Positions 51,301 through 64,000 of a DNA stretch of 64,000 bases are shown piece by piece. Source of the stretch: Phoronis australis (taxonomy: Eukaryota > Animalia > Phoronida). The first letter of the stretch is position 1; each line of letters opens with the position of its first letter. Both the position numbers and the translations under genes were made by a program. The stretch covers positions 372,001 through 436,000 of the forward strand of contig NMRA01000171.1 of assembly GCA_002633005.1 (NCBI GenBank), in the 5' to 3' direction. The notes below the pieces were generated by a model. The model did not search any database. It was not told the origin of the DNA and saw only the letters and a list, made by a program, of their open reading frames with translations.

Positions 51301-54300
51301 GTTACACTAAGATAAGCACACCAGGACATAACAAAGAACACACAATTTTTTTGTCACTTTCTCAAGCAAAGTTTGTGTAATTCTACACTTTTTTCACACA
51401 AAACATATATTAGTAATTATATAATCATTTTCTTCCAAAAACCGCGGCATGAAATAAATACACTAAACATCCATACCTCACAACTGTGCCTAATTTAATG
51501 CTTACGGATTACAGTTGATGGTCGGACTCAGGGTGGCTGACTCGAGTCAAAGTGACAAAATCGTTATGATTTAAAATATGTTGTCACCAAACTAGCCTGT
51601 TGTGGTAAGCCGTTTACCGATTTTAAGTCAACGGAACTCTGCGTAAGCGGAGACGAACCTCAACTTCAACAGTCCAGCTGTCTAACAAGAGTTTTCGACC
51701 TAGCATTAGAGATCATAACCACTTAACTGAGCCAGTTAAGTTCCTTTCTCTACCCAGTCTAATGAGCGGATTTTAATTTAATACAGCAATAATGCACTTC
51801 TCAATACTTGCAACTAACATCTCCCAATTTTTCAATGGCTCAATGAAATAGTATTTGAAAAACACTTTCAGAATTAAATTTATTTCACCAGAAACCAAAA
51901 AATTTTGTTTGAGCTGATATTTATGTCTGCGCATAACATGAAGCATTTGCTATCACCCCTCATGTTACCATTGCTCAAAGCTACCGACGTTATGGCACAG
52001 CCAGTTGCTAGCACTAGGGGAATGGTGCTACTGCTTTCTGATTGGGGATTTTTTTCCAATGGAGGGTAAACACGCTTAAAATTCTAAGATTCTAATTCAT
52101 CATTTTGCATAATTCCTAATTTATTAGCATAAAGTATAATCCTAATCTACAGTCATAGTTTACTGACATAAATAAAGAGTGAATGTTACAGCGGCCGTAG
52201 AACTCTTCCAGAGTTCACATTACCTATAAAACAATTTCTCCCTGGTTTTGATAATTACGCTCATTATTTACAAATGTAAAAAGTGTAAAAGAATCTTTAC
52301 CCCAAAAATTTACAAGAGTAATTTATGAGTGACACTTCCCCCAAAGAGCCAACAATACACGAGGCTAGCTAATACCTGGCAAAGATGAATTGTCCTTTCA
52401 TGGCAAAGATCCTTTCATCACGTTATTACATGATAAAGACAGCTACAACAAAATTACCCTGGTGTTTTGTAGTCACATGACAAAAAAAACTGCAATTAAA
52501 TTTGTTGATTAGTTTGAAACACTACTGTTTTTACTATATCTTTAAGAGTTTTTCTGTCACCGGTGATTGAGAGTGTGAGTGACGACTGCATGTGGTTGTT
52601 CAAACTGTCAGGCCCCCTCAACTATGTGAAAAGGGGAAGTGCTTCCACAGGGACCAGCTCCACCTTGTGGTATGAAGGGTTACTCTTTCTTGCCCACTAT
52701 CAGTGTCGTTTTTGTCACTTTGCTTCACATGATACGCAAATTGTTAGATTTATGATCGCCAGAAACATTAACACCAAGTCACATCTCTGGAATTTCAGAA
52801 ATGGGCAAGAATTTAGTGTGTGAAATGAGGTTAGTGTGCGAAATAAGTGGGGATTTACTGTAATTAAGATTGTGGAATACACTGCCGCACAAGATTTACT
52901 TAACTTGAAGTGAAACCAAATCACCACGAAAACTTGCCCACTCCCACCACTCAGAATGGTTATTGTCATCAAAGTACATTGACTCAACTGAAATGGCTGC
53001 CAGAAAACAAGTCTCTGTATCTAAAAACTATAAAAAATCCTTTCATTTTTTTGAAATAGACTAATTTGGGCTATTACAACTTTAGCTGAGAATCAGTACA
53101 GAGCTTAACATATAGAAACACAGCTTCACATAGAAAATACAACTAGCCCCACCTGGAGTGGACTGCCTGGACCTTCCATCCTTTGATGACGCTCAGTTTG
53201 GTATCATCCACGTGAACATAAAGAGGAGTCTCAGGTACCCAGACCTTAAGGAACACGTGGCGCGTATGTAGCCCATACTTGATGATAATAGAAGTGTTGT
53301 CACTGCTGCGTGTGGTGCTACTGTCCAGATAGAAGTTGTTACAAGGAGGTGTCACCTGCAAGAGTCAATTAACAAGGTCATACCTGATGACCACCAGACA
53401 TGCCACCATTGCTGTGTATAGTGCTTTTATCCAGGTAAATGTGTTACAAAGTATATTATGTGCTAATGCAAAATATCATTTAAGGAAGATTAATTAATAT
53501 GTTTTGTAACAGAATTGTGTGAATTTGTTTATGTAACTGACTTAGCTGCATGAAAACCTTACACACTTTCACATGTAAAATTTTGCACAGTCGTTTTCAG
53601 TAACACAAAAGATTATAAACACTTCAAATACAGAGAATTTTGCTCATTCACATCATCATGTGCTTTTTTATCATTGATACGACTTCACAACTGGTTTAGG
53701 TAATAACCACACACCAAAGAATTTTCACCATTGGATAATGCCAAAACCGTCATAACATCAGACATGCTGTCACTGTCATGACACCCGAGTGCAAGCGAGA
53801 ATTGCATGGTTAGAGTATCTGGATGACATGCCACTGCCATTCATATTCAGGAAATGGAATCCATTTCTGACATGGGATGTATTGTATCTCACCTTGAGGA
53901 CCTTCATATCCATAGAGTAACACAGGACCTTAGAGGTAATGTCCATTATCCGTCCAGCCTCACTCACACCGTACACGTGAAGAGGATAGATGTCCATCTG
54001 GCCAGACAACATGGCAGTATTCATTAGCTCCACCTCCTGGCAAAGGAAAGAACATGTGACTGATAAACACATTACTTGAGGAAAGAGTTCAAATTGAGTT
54101 GACAATAGAAAATTAGATTCCCACAGGACTGGAAATTGTGAATCCATAAAAATAATATGGGGACCACAGACTACCATCATCAGAAAACAAAAAAAATTGC
54201 ATAATTTCATGGCTCGGCACAAATCACATCTGACAGCAAGTAACTTTTGCTGTCTGCCAAGTGAATCTTCAAAGTTACATCCCCGATCAAAAATTTAATT

Positions 54301-57131
54301 TGAAGCTCTTGTATTAAGAGCACGGCCCCATTTGGTAAGTACCAGCTTGCAAAATACGACATCGCATTTCATCGGGTGGCAAACTTTAGCTAGAATCTCA
54401 CTCTCCATACACAATGTCACAAAAAGTTCCAAGATTCCCCACCCCTTGCTATGTTATCTATCAAACTATTTGAAGAATTTTGAACTTTTCTCACACATTT
54501 AGGCATCAAAATAAAGTCTTTACAGTTTCTCCGTGAAATAAGGCCACAAAGGTTGTGCGAGAGCCAACAGACACAAATGCTCAGTCCATCAGAATCAAAT
54601 AAAAAATTTCATTCATAATTACAAGCTAATCTTAGAATCTTACTTTTCATGTCAAACACAAATTGAATGTTTAATGAGTAAATTTGCTAATGACCTCTGC
54701 AAAGAGGAAAATTGTCATAGAAATGATTGTGTGTGACTGTCGAGGTTAATAAATTGATTAAACTCCAAATAGTCATCACTCCATCATTGCACCAAAAGCT
54801 ATTAGCATGGGCCAGTGATGACCACCCAACCATGACAAACAGCACTATCCTAGAGTTATTTACACAAGCCCACTCAACCTATTGTTATTGGTCTAGAAAC
54901 AATAACAGTGAAGACTGGCACTGCTCAACAAAACAGCAGCAGATGTAATGGAGCTATCATTCTTTTCTCTTGTAATTAATCAATTTTGCCACGCAAAGAC
55001 TGAAAAGGTTTAGTTTTAAAAATGGGTGCAGTTGTGTGACAAAAAAATTTCACATGCAGGCAGTTTTATCATTGACATTCATCACTGTTACCTATCCCCA
55101 GACAAATAGAATAATTGTAAAATTTAAATCGCTGAGGCTATTCAACTCCTAAGAAGTATTCTGAGTTGCCAGTTAGGATGTGGATTGTTAGGTGATAAGA
55201 GTACCTTGTAGAAGTTCTACTTTTCCAGGAGTAATTGCTTCAACTATACATTAGTTTTCGTTTTGAAATTTTGAAAAAATAAATTCCAGTTAACTTCAGT
55301 ACTGTGTGCCAAATAGCGGATAGAATTGTGGTGTGACGTTCATTTAAATGAATACTAAACACAGCACATACAGTATAATAAACAAGCCAAAAATGCAAAC
55401 CTAATGCTATTTATACCTTAAACACAATGTACACCATGAGCCACAGTTGGATCTGTCACTAACTGAGGCCAGTTAAAAACTCATTACCCATGATTCTTTA
55501 AGAGGTTTGCAGAAAGAGAAGTGGATACCAAAAGTGAGCACTAAACTCATAAAATTGCCACTAAGGGCGCAGCTGAACTGTAACACACAGCAGTGTTAAT
55601 GAGGCAGATGTTGCATCCCCTCTTCACCTGCCTAGTAATTATCCTTTTATGTAAAACAAGGCCTGATATCAGATAATACAGAGTGTAGGTAGAGGCAGGG
55701 GGGTTCAAGCATGCCATTACCAACTTCTCGATTCACTACAGAAGTTTTTCATTCCTCCACTTGTTCATTTCTGCTGCCAATTGTCACCATTTCTCTCCCC
55801 CTCCCAGTACCAACCATTTCTCTCCCCCTCCCAGTACCAACCATTTCTCCNNNNNNNNNNNNNNNNNNNNNNNNNNNNNNNNNNNNNNNNNNNNNNNNNN
55901 NNNNNNNNNNNNNNNNNNNNNNNNNNNNNNNNNNNNNNNNNNNNNNNNNNNNNNNNNNNNNNNNNNNNNNNNNNNNNNNNNNNNNNNNNNNNNNNNNNNN
56001 NNNNNNNNNNNNNNNNNNNNNNCTCCCAGTACAAACCATTTCTATCCCCCTCCCAGAAGCCACCAATTCCATTCCTCCGATTGCCCCACACCATAATTTT
56101 AGTTCACAGGTTCGGATTATCAGTTCGCTACAGCCCAAAAATACAAAATCACAAAAATGGTATCATTCAAATCAGGGTTCGCGGATATGTGCAAGCATCG
56201 CAAAACTGCCATTTCATGTGTCACAAAAACGACCTTCACTTCCACATGATATAATGACCAGAACAATTAGTAGCCCAGTTGACACATCCAGCTCAAAAGA
56301 CAGACTGTGAACAGATTACCTCAGTTTTACCACCAGCCTAGTCACAGCTGTACCATATCCCAAAAGCAAGCGTTCTTTTAGGGAGACTAAGGTAGGCGAA
56401 AATACCATAACAGCTACTGGGGCAATACAAGTATTTGCATAAGTCTGAAAATCAACATCAACCATTGTCTCTTCAACAGAGACATATCCCTCGAATTTTA
56501 TGACAATTCTTCAAATCGTTTGAAAAACGTTAAAAATAAAACTAAAACACAGCGAAGAGGTTGAGGATATATAACAATGGACGACCAACGTTCAGGCAGA
56601 GATAAGTGGCAGTAGACTACATACATGTAAATGTGGGTGCACGAAAACTAGCCTTGCACAATTTTTTCCGTGAAATTAAATAACATTCAAAAACTGTTAA
56701 AAAGTAATGAAAACAAATACGAGCTGCTTTAAAAAAGTTGTCCAATTACACCAAAATTCACTCAGCTTAACAACGTTATTGTAAAACCCCCAGAGGCAAA
56801 CAAACAAATATCATTGGAAAATTAGTTGAAAATGCTCAAGAATACATCCACATACCTGGAACATCATTGTGGACCAGTCAAAGATCATACAAATATAACA
56901 TTGACATCATAAGTAACACTATAGACATAGGGTACCTTAACAACAGGTACAATGGTTCTTATCCTGTCATGCTGTATTGGGATACGGGACACCAGCTTCT
57001 TATATGGACTGTTGCGGTGAGATGCTTCGTGACTTGTGAAGTACTCCAACGTCCATATAATACGGCCCACCTGCACTGAGCCAGATGTACGGTTGTCCAC
57101 CTTGAAATTGCACGTGAAAATCTCCTGGATG
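39365..57131 (-). CDS. TMEM132: Transmembrane protein 132 family, 3' portion (6 exons); 5' exons lie beyond the window end
   Basis: Minus-strand exons 57131-56936, 54036-53893, 53355-53153, 48222-47946, 43179-42991, 40697-39365; the last exon contains an artefactual 285-bp duplication around the N at 40102. Family-typical motifs: ELMNTAMLSG, KVWVPETPLYVHVDDTKLSVIKGWKV, C.PRYQQTEVKVYARF, LSDGT..PL, TM helix LEIGMYILLGVFTLAVSVFLVNC, cytoplasmic WVWIG and YFANLKE. Confidence 0.93.
39817..40387. other. Assembly artefact: two 285-bp allelic copies joined by a single N (40102)
   Basis: 39817-40101 is nearly identical to 40103-40387, with two visible substitutions; the join breaks the TMEM132 frame. 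Confidence 0.9.
40776..40918. repeat. 35-bp tandem repeat, about 4 copies
   Basis: Unit CACAAAGTTCACAATACAGGCATACTCATCCAGTA. Confidence 0.92.
41414..41520. repeat. About 50-bp tandem duplication
   Basis: acatattcttggat(g/c)agacatgaataacaaaacactatccatacttgagg x2. Confidence 0.9.
46410..47907 (+). mobile_element. Non-autonomous Helentron-associated (HINE/DINE-1/pearl-like) element with internal tandem core repeats
   Basis: Starts ACAAGAG; subterminal inverted repeat ATGCGCCCACA (about 46434) / TGTGGGCGCAT (about 47892); core of about 150-bp subunits (GCCACTAG at about 46808, 46948, 47110, 47256, 47403, 47564, 47709) with about 450-bp higher-order periodicity; GGAC microsatellite at about 47833-47861; 3' hairpin atgcgtccacat-ataa-atgtgggcgcat then AAAAA. 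Confidence 0.8.
50497..50517 (-). CDS. TMEM132: Candidate TMEM132 microexon (21 nt, phase 2-2), xLHLTKHx
   Basis: Minus strand: tgattcccatttctttag|ACTTCATCTCACTAAGCACGG|gtaagt; strong acceptor and perfect donor, in frame in a phase-2 intron. Confidence 0.6.
50821..50832 (-). CDS. TMEM132: Candidate TMEM132 microexon (12 nt, phase 2-2), xSLTx
   Basis: Minus strand: catttgcaaacag|TTCTTTAACGAG|gtaatg; in frame. Confidence 0.4.
51600..51737 (-). mobile_element. tRNA-derived SINE-like fragment
   Basis: Minus strand has an A-box-like TGGCTCAGTTAAGTGG and a B-box-like GGTTCGTCTCC, but no complete cloverleaf. Confidence 0.4.
55786..56065. repeat. 25-27-bp C-rich tandem repeat spanning an assembly gap (N 55851-56022)
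   Basis: CCATTTCTCTCCCCCTCCCAGTACCAA units on both sides of the gap. Confidence 0.85.
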
Positions 57132-58340
57132 CTGTAGAAAGGAAAAGAAAAGTTATAGCCTTCATTTTGCAGTCAAACGATGAGGATTATTTTTTAATAT
57201 ATTGTAATATGCATCAACTAATGAAAACTCATCATTTTGAACATCGGTTGAAGTCAGAATTGAAGTTTAGCGTATTTTAAATTAATTTTCTAGTTAGTAA
57301 AATTGACTATATTACGCTAGAACAAAACAAAAAAATCCTCTCCCTAAAGGAAATACCATATTCCTTTTAATTAGTTTCACTTCTGAGTTGCTCTTCCCAC
57401 ATGGTTCATCAGAATTTGAGAAAAAACAGGTAAAGGTGTGGTTCAATGAAGTAAAAATTACTCATTTCAATACAGAAGAATAGTGACGAAAGACACCCAA
57501 ATCAACACCAAAACTCTTGAAACACGTATTTCACAACCAGGCTCAGCCTTGCTCTCCCCACAAGAAAGATATTTGTAACAATTCACACCAATACATCACC
57601 ATCAGGGGATCTAGTAGATATTGAGGCAGGCACACAGAAGCAAAACTGTCACTAGACATGCTTTCTTTTTAATAGGAGCATATTCCTCAAATGTGACGAT
57701 GATCCATATTACTGTTTCACAGATAGAGGTGAATACCATTAATGCAAAATTGCCATTAGGGGAGCGCACAGAACCACGAAGCCATCCCAAAATTGTCAGC
57801 AGGTGACATACCTGTCATGTTCATAAGAAACCTGTCAATTTCTTGACGAACCTGCATAGGATCAGATCACTAGAGCTGGGCACCATGGAGACCACGTACA
57901 TTAAGTGATATAGCCGAGGATGACAGCTGCCAGACACAGATGACACAAATACTCACTCACAAGTATGTAATGTGAAACCATGAAAATGTAAGGTTTCACG
58001 GCCAGGTTAAAAATAATTTTATTATGTAATCATTGGTGATGCAAGAAATTACCTTAAAAACAAAACACATGAAATTTTTTTCGCACGGCAATTTTATAAG
58101 TCAGGGTTCCTGCCCTCCAAATTTCTAAATATGCCACTATCTAGTTTCTATAACTAAAATCAATATATCACCTCCCATCGTTAGGAAGAGGCCCAAACTT
58201 CAGGAAGAGTTGGCCAACACTGTCAAATTTGATGACATTTGGAGGTTCTTTATATTTGCTATAGCCCCAAGTGGTCTGTTTGGGCATAAAAGTAATTTTA
58301 TTTCAGCAATGGAAAGGTTTGAGACACTTCATGTGGTTGC

Positions 58341-58448
58341 GGGGTAGATTTATAAATTGGGGTAGATTTATAAATTGGGGTAGATTTATAAATTGGGGTA
58401 GATTTATAAATTGGGGTAGATTTATAAATTGGGGTAGATTTATAAATT
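58341..58448. repeat. 18-bp tandem repeat x6
   Basis: GGGGTAGATTTATAAATT perfect copies. Confidence 0.95.
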
Positions 58449-59929
58449 CCTTTACGATGGAAAAAGAAGATCGATGAGCCTTTAAATTTCCCCAAGACAT
58501 GACAACAGAATAATTGATTTACATGTGAACAGTAAGATGTCCAACCTGCTAATTGCAGTTCATTTTCACAAGACAATGCCGTGCTGCTAGGTGGTGTGAT
58601 AGAATATCACCAATTTAGAATATCACAATAATGGCACGTGAAATTTTATTTTATCATTTTTAAGTACCAACCAATAAATGCCTTTTCTTAGGCTTTTTAA
58701 AATCATTTTTAACCTCTATACTAAAGCTTCCACCTAACGGTGTCTGAAATACTGTAACCATTCATTGTTTCCCCTGCATGTAAAAATCTGGGTATTCCGC
58801 AACGATCCTTATTGGCACCACTACTCATAACCTTGGCCAAATTAACCACCACACAACTAATCCTTATGGGGAAAACTTCATCACTAAGCAATAATTGCTA
58901 GTAAAAACGAATACGCAACAGACAAGTTACATGGCTACCATCGACGTTTGCGGATTGAATGGAAAACAATTTAAAGTCAGATTTTGAAATTTATTCTCCT
59001 TGTTAAACAATCATTTTATCCCCATCCTTCCTTGGGTTCACTTACAATTAATGATCTGGCCCACATTTGGTACTCCCTGGTGGTAACACAATGCACAGCA
59101 ATTGAATACAGTCAGGGACCAGGCAACGACCTTGACATTAGTTTTCTAAAATTGTGAAGCGCCAGAAGCACCAATGAACATTGATGACATGGGTGGAGAA
59201 ACAGTAAATTTTATTTATTTTACCGGGTTCTTTACAAGAGGTCGTACCACAATGTGAACTATAGGCGCATGAAATAGTCTAAAATTTAATGAACCATAGA
59301 CCAGTCTAGTTATCTCAGTAGTCATCTGCATGGAATGGATGAATAACTCATCTGCTATGCCCGCCAAAATACTGATACAACTGATTTACATTGAGCAAGA
59401 ATATAAAAAATAATATTAACTAAAGTTTCGTTATACAAGTTAGTTAATCACGTCTAAACAGGTTCAAATATTTTATTCATTCTAAGTATGTGCCTACAGC
59501 AGGAGAATTTAATATTAACGAGTAGTCTGAAGTCCTGTCCTGGCGTGTCCGCTTTCTCACGCAACTTTAATTGGTGAATGAAATATTATATACAGAATGA
59601 CACAAAACTTTTCATACACTGAGATGACACAGTGACATTTCACTGTAGTGCCAGACTCCACATCCACTGCGACCATTCACCACAATGCTCCTTTCGAAGC
59701 CCACGCAATGGGGGGATCCCACGCTCCATACTCGCGTGTGGCAACAGGCTTTGCATTCCGCTGGGACCATTCACCGGGATAAAAAATAAAAAACAGGTAA
59801 ACTTTGGATTTTTTTCGCAATTGTTAAGATCTTTAAGTAACATTACAAGTTCAATGGGAAAGAAGATAATGAAGAGAATTGTTTTTTAAAAGACCATTCG
59901 GTTTATGGAGGTTGCAGCATACGTCATTG

Positions 59930-60935
59930 CAGGATCACATTTAAGGACGAACACCCTCAATATTGGCTGGGCTGCATTCCATGGGCTATGAACACCATGG
60001 TCACAGTTTAGAATGATGAACACCCTCAAAATTGGCCGGGCTGCATTCCATAGACTATGAACACCATGGTCACAGTTTAGAATGATGAACACCCTCAATA
60101 TTGGCTGGGCTGCATTCCATATAGACTATGAACACCATGGTCACAGTTTAGAATGATGAACACCCTCAAAATTGGCCGGGCTGCATTCCATAGACTATGA
60201 ACACCATGGTCACAGTTTAGAATGATGAACATCCTCAATATTGGCTGGGCTGCATTCCATGGACTATGGGCACCATGGTCACACTTAAGGACGAACACCC
60301 TCAATATTGGCTGGGCTGCATTCCATGGACTATGAACACAAAGATCACACTTAAGGATGAACACCCTCAATATTGGCTGGGCTGCTTTCCATGGACTATG
60401 AACACAAAGATCACACTTTAGGANNNNNNNNNNNNNNNNNNNNNNNNNNNNNNNNNNNNNNNNNNNNNNNNNNNNNNNNNNNNNNNNNNNNNNNNNNNNN
60501 NNNNNNNNNNNNNNNNNNNNNNNNNNNNNNNNNNNNNNNNNNNNNNNNNNNNNNNNNNNCCATGGTCACAGTTTAGAATGATGAACACCCTCAATATTGA
60601 TTGGGCTGTATTCCATGACTATGAACACCATGGTCACAGTTTAGAATGATGAACACCCTCAATATTGATTGGGCTGCATTCCATGACTATGAACACCATG
60701 GTCACAGTTTAGAATGATGAACACCCTCAATATTGATTGGGCTGTATTCCATGACTATGAACACCATGGTCACAGTTTAGAATGATGAACACCCTCAATA
60801 TTGATTGGGCTGCATTCCATGACTATGAACACCATGGTCACAGTTTAGAATGATGAACACCCTCAATATTGATTGGGCTGTATTCCATGACTATGAACAA
60901 CATAGTCACACTTTAGGATGATGACCAACCCTCAA
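59930..60935. repeat. About 66-69-bp satellite/minisatellite array spanning a gap (N 60424-60559)
   Basis: Unit CATGGTCACAGTTTAGAATGATGAACACCCTCAATATTG(G/A)(C/T)TGGGCTGCATTCCAT(G)GACTATGAACAC. Confidence 0.95.
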
Positions 60936-63094
60936 TAATGGCATTCCATACATTATAAACACTTGCAGAAAGCTAACTTGATCACATCCTTGAACATTTG
61001 TAAGGTACAATGTCTCGCCAATACTGAAGTGATCGGACAATGCATAGTTTCTTGTGGAGCTACAGAAAGCAGCCCTGAATTTTAGAATCACTTCATTTTC
61101 AACAATTAGTCTACCAAGCAAAGAAATTTTTAATTGCCCAGAAAAAATTACCCCCAGCGGAGAGGCTAAACACATGTCAGTTCAAACCTATTGAATGCAC
61201 ATCTGTTTAAAATCAGGAAGAAAAACACTACTCTGAAAGAGAAAAGGTCAAACAGACTGCAGTTTCCCCGAACCCCAAAATACCTTACCTTAAGGCAATC
61301 ATCAACCTTTGTGGATTTTTTTGCATTTTTTCAGATTTCGTATAAAATATTGCTGCCATCTTTATTTTCTAACTATAAAAGTTCTTTAAGCACGATATTT
61401 ACATGCCACAAATGTGATTGTTTGGGACAACCTCAAGTACATGGCACATATCTTTGCGAGTGATTAAGTCAAATTTTTTGATTTTTCACAATGTTTAGTA
61501 GTTTTGAAAGTTTCTTTACAATGAGTAAGTTAATTAGTGTAAAATTTTAGACACTTATGATCTATGGCCGAGGGATTACAATGTCTCAAAATTTTTATGT
61601 TCTTTTTAACAACCGATATGTTAGCCGTCAATAATTATGAAGACTTGGATATTATTTTCAAAAGAGAACTTTGTGGCTGACATATTAGTAATGTTAGGCT
61701 CTAAATGAAAATAAGAAGTCAAGAGTCACAGTTCCCTGCGTATTGGCAATAAGTGCGGAGTTTGGAGGTGTGTGTCTAGAATCTGTACAGTGTATGTTTA
61801 GTGTTTGCAGGTCAAGAAGTGGGGTTTCAGGGCTTGAAGTCGGAATTTTGAGGTACAGCAAAGGAATCATTTCCATCCCATAATGCAAAATGATCCTGAT
61901 GCAATTTAGGGACTCCGGGGACTATAAAAAATTTGAGCAGATTAGTCCATCAACAGGGCAAAAAGTCTTGCTCAGCTTAGTTAGCCAAATCTTATCTAAT
62001 GTCATCACATACCAAAACCTGAAGGATGGAGCAATTTGCACTGAAAGGGCCTTTGTTTCACACAAACTTAAGGCAGGCTAGCTGGATATTGCTGAGATCC
62101 CACAGAGTTGGTTATCATGTTTAAATACCACAGACAGCACAGATCAATAGATCTAATACAATGTGAAAACAAACTTTAATAGTAGCTTTTTGCCTGTGAG
62201 ATAATCTGGACTAGTTTGTTGTCAAAACATATTTTTGGTTTACAAGATAACTTACCATCATAAGAAAAGATTAAAATTACCTTATGGTAATTCTGAAACA
62301 AGATGTTCAAAGCATTGTCTTTGGATGGTCACCGATTTTTTCATATGAGGATGCTTGTCCAATTTAGTTTTTGGAAATGATTCTGACTGAAACTGCAATC
62401 CAGCTTCATGTCTGCCACAAACTAACAAAGTTTAACAACTCACAATCCCATCATGGGTCACTCACAGACCAAAGCAGTCACTCACCAACACCATATACCT
62501 ATACTTCAAAACATGAAAAATAACAAAACGTGAGAATGCACACTTTCGGTGCCACTTCCTTTTATATGGCGAACATACAGTGTGGGGTACGATGTAGCGC
62601 AGATTAATCTGGACTCCACATGAGCTTTAAAAATTGTAAAACCCTGATAAGGAAGATTTCAGGTAATTTGTTGAGTCGAAACTATATTTTTATTCAAGAG
62701 TTCAAGTTTTCCTATTGACGATTGCATCAGTAGGCAAGTTTTCGCCCTGTGATGAGCACAATTTTTTGAAAAATTATTGTAATTTAACAACGGAAGTTGA
62801 TAGCAATGCACCACAATTTTGTAGAAAGGCTGTCATAGGCTACAACTACGTCACAGAGCGTAAATTTGATGAATCCTAGCTTCCGATTTTACCCGTTTGG
62901 GAAACTGGGTTTCAACTGCCGTAGGCTCACTACAATAAGCGTCCCCTCCCCGTGAAATGAATTTTTCTAAGCGTTTGTTTGAGCCAATACAGTATACAGC
63001 TTTCCACCAAGGCTAGGTGATGCAAGACATTATTATTTGTTCTTTGTTGCATTATAGTAACTGGTCTTGGCTAATTATCATTTTATGGCCTGGT

Positions 63095-63311
63095 CATCCA
63101 TTCAGCCCAAAGTAGTTCCAGAGGTGGCTTATCAGCCAATTATTCACGCATGCTGACTCACAATAGAAGCCTGATGAGAGTGAAGGTGGATAAATGCGGT
63201 GTNCATCCATTCAGCCAAAAGTAGTTCCAGAGGTGGCTTATCAGCCAATTATTCACGCATGCTGACTCACAATAGAAGCCTGATAAGAGTGAAGGTGGAT
63301 AAATGCGGTGT
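63095..63311. other. Assembly artefact: about 108-bp overlap duplicated around a single N (63203)
   Basis: 63095-63202 is nearly identical to 63204-63311, with a few substitutions. Confidence 0.85.
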
Positions 63312-64000
63312 TCCTACAGTTTCTTGTTTTAGTGGATGTGTTCACGACATGGTCCGTAACTGAGAGCGCATCTCGCGTACGAGACTAACGCAATGCAGAC
63401 GGATTTGAAAAAACTGATGTCTGACAACTACAAAGGAATATGAAATGAGCATTTACTCTATTCAGTATGATAGAACAGAAGGCTTGCAAGAAAGCAAAAC
63501 AAAAATGGGGGTATATTCACTGCAGGTGGCGACCTCTTTTTTAAACTTATGAACTATCTATTTCAAAATGGGTCACATTTTGAGGAACGCTCAAGCTAAA
63601 ATGCCTAATTTTCGCTTCAAATACAAATGTAACATCCAGATGAACACCCATGCAACTCTTCAGTGGCAGACCACAGACTATAATTGGATCGATAGCTTTA
63701 GTGCACTCACTAATCCTGGTCTTTTAAGCATCCTAAAATTAGTACCATTGTAAATTTAATCTGGTTTAAATCATCTTTTGCATTATGTTTTAATACTTGT
63801 GGTGGCAGGAAAGAATGTTGGTCCACCAACTTAAATCCAGTAGTGCAAAAGGCCCTCAAGCCAGCTGACTTGTACAAAGGATGTTATTGATTAATTCTCA
63901 AGCTAATGCACAACCCAGTGTAAGATGTTGATGTTTCCACAAACAATCCTGAAGGAGGTACTTTGTAAGGAATTGTGAACACTAACAGTCTACCTAAACA

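Noticed and set aside
52218-52240. Minus-strand ttttatag|gtaatg zero-length (recursive) splice site in TMEM132
   Set aside because: The intron is only about 5 kb and such juxtapositions can arise by chance; no supporting evidence
55711-56310. Long ORFs of up to 199 aa
   Set aside because: Inflated by an N gap and a tandem repeat
57812-57851. Minus-strand 40-nt exon-like segment with AG|gtatgt donor
   Set aside because: Its open frame ends in phase 1, but exon 57131 needs phase 2; no TMEM132-like sequence
59886-60935. Possible CRISPR array or repeat protein
   Set aside because: Pure tandem satellite without spacers; the ORFs are by-products
63170-63200. CTGATGAG hammerhead-core-like motif (also at about 21820 and 41068)
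   Set aside because: No stem II followed by GAAA and no closing stems found

Overview
Eukaryotic (animal, AT-rich, probably a lophotrochozoan or other invertebrate) genomic DNA containing three intron-rich protein-coding genes. (1) The 3' part of HYDIN, the axonemal central-pair protein, lies on + with 25 phase-consistent exons from 3844 to 23029, including one GC-AG intron. (2) A 7+-exon PhyH/EctD/proline-4-hydroxylase-like Fe(II)/2-oxoglutarate dioxygenase lies on + at about 27859-35491; its 5' end is uncertain. (3) The 3' part of a TMEM132-family gene lies on - with six exons from 57131 to 39365. The last TMEM132 exon is interrupted by a 285-bp haplotype-overlap assembly artefact. The most unusual observation is an array of at least six small, frame-preserving phase-2/phase-2 candidate cassette exons (45-75 nt) in the long HYDIN intron at 1-3843. 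All are too short for the ORF track. TMEM132 also has candidate 12- and 21-nt microexons, and the 21-nt one would remove the P4 Arg of an RRKR furin site. The introns and intergenic DNA hold minisatellites, MITE-like foldback elements, a pearl/HINE-like element with a higher-order repeat core, and SINE-like fragments. I found no rRNA, tRNA or CRISPR features. All splice calls were made by eye and lack transcript evidence.
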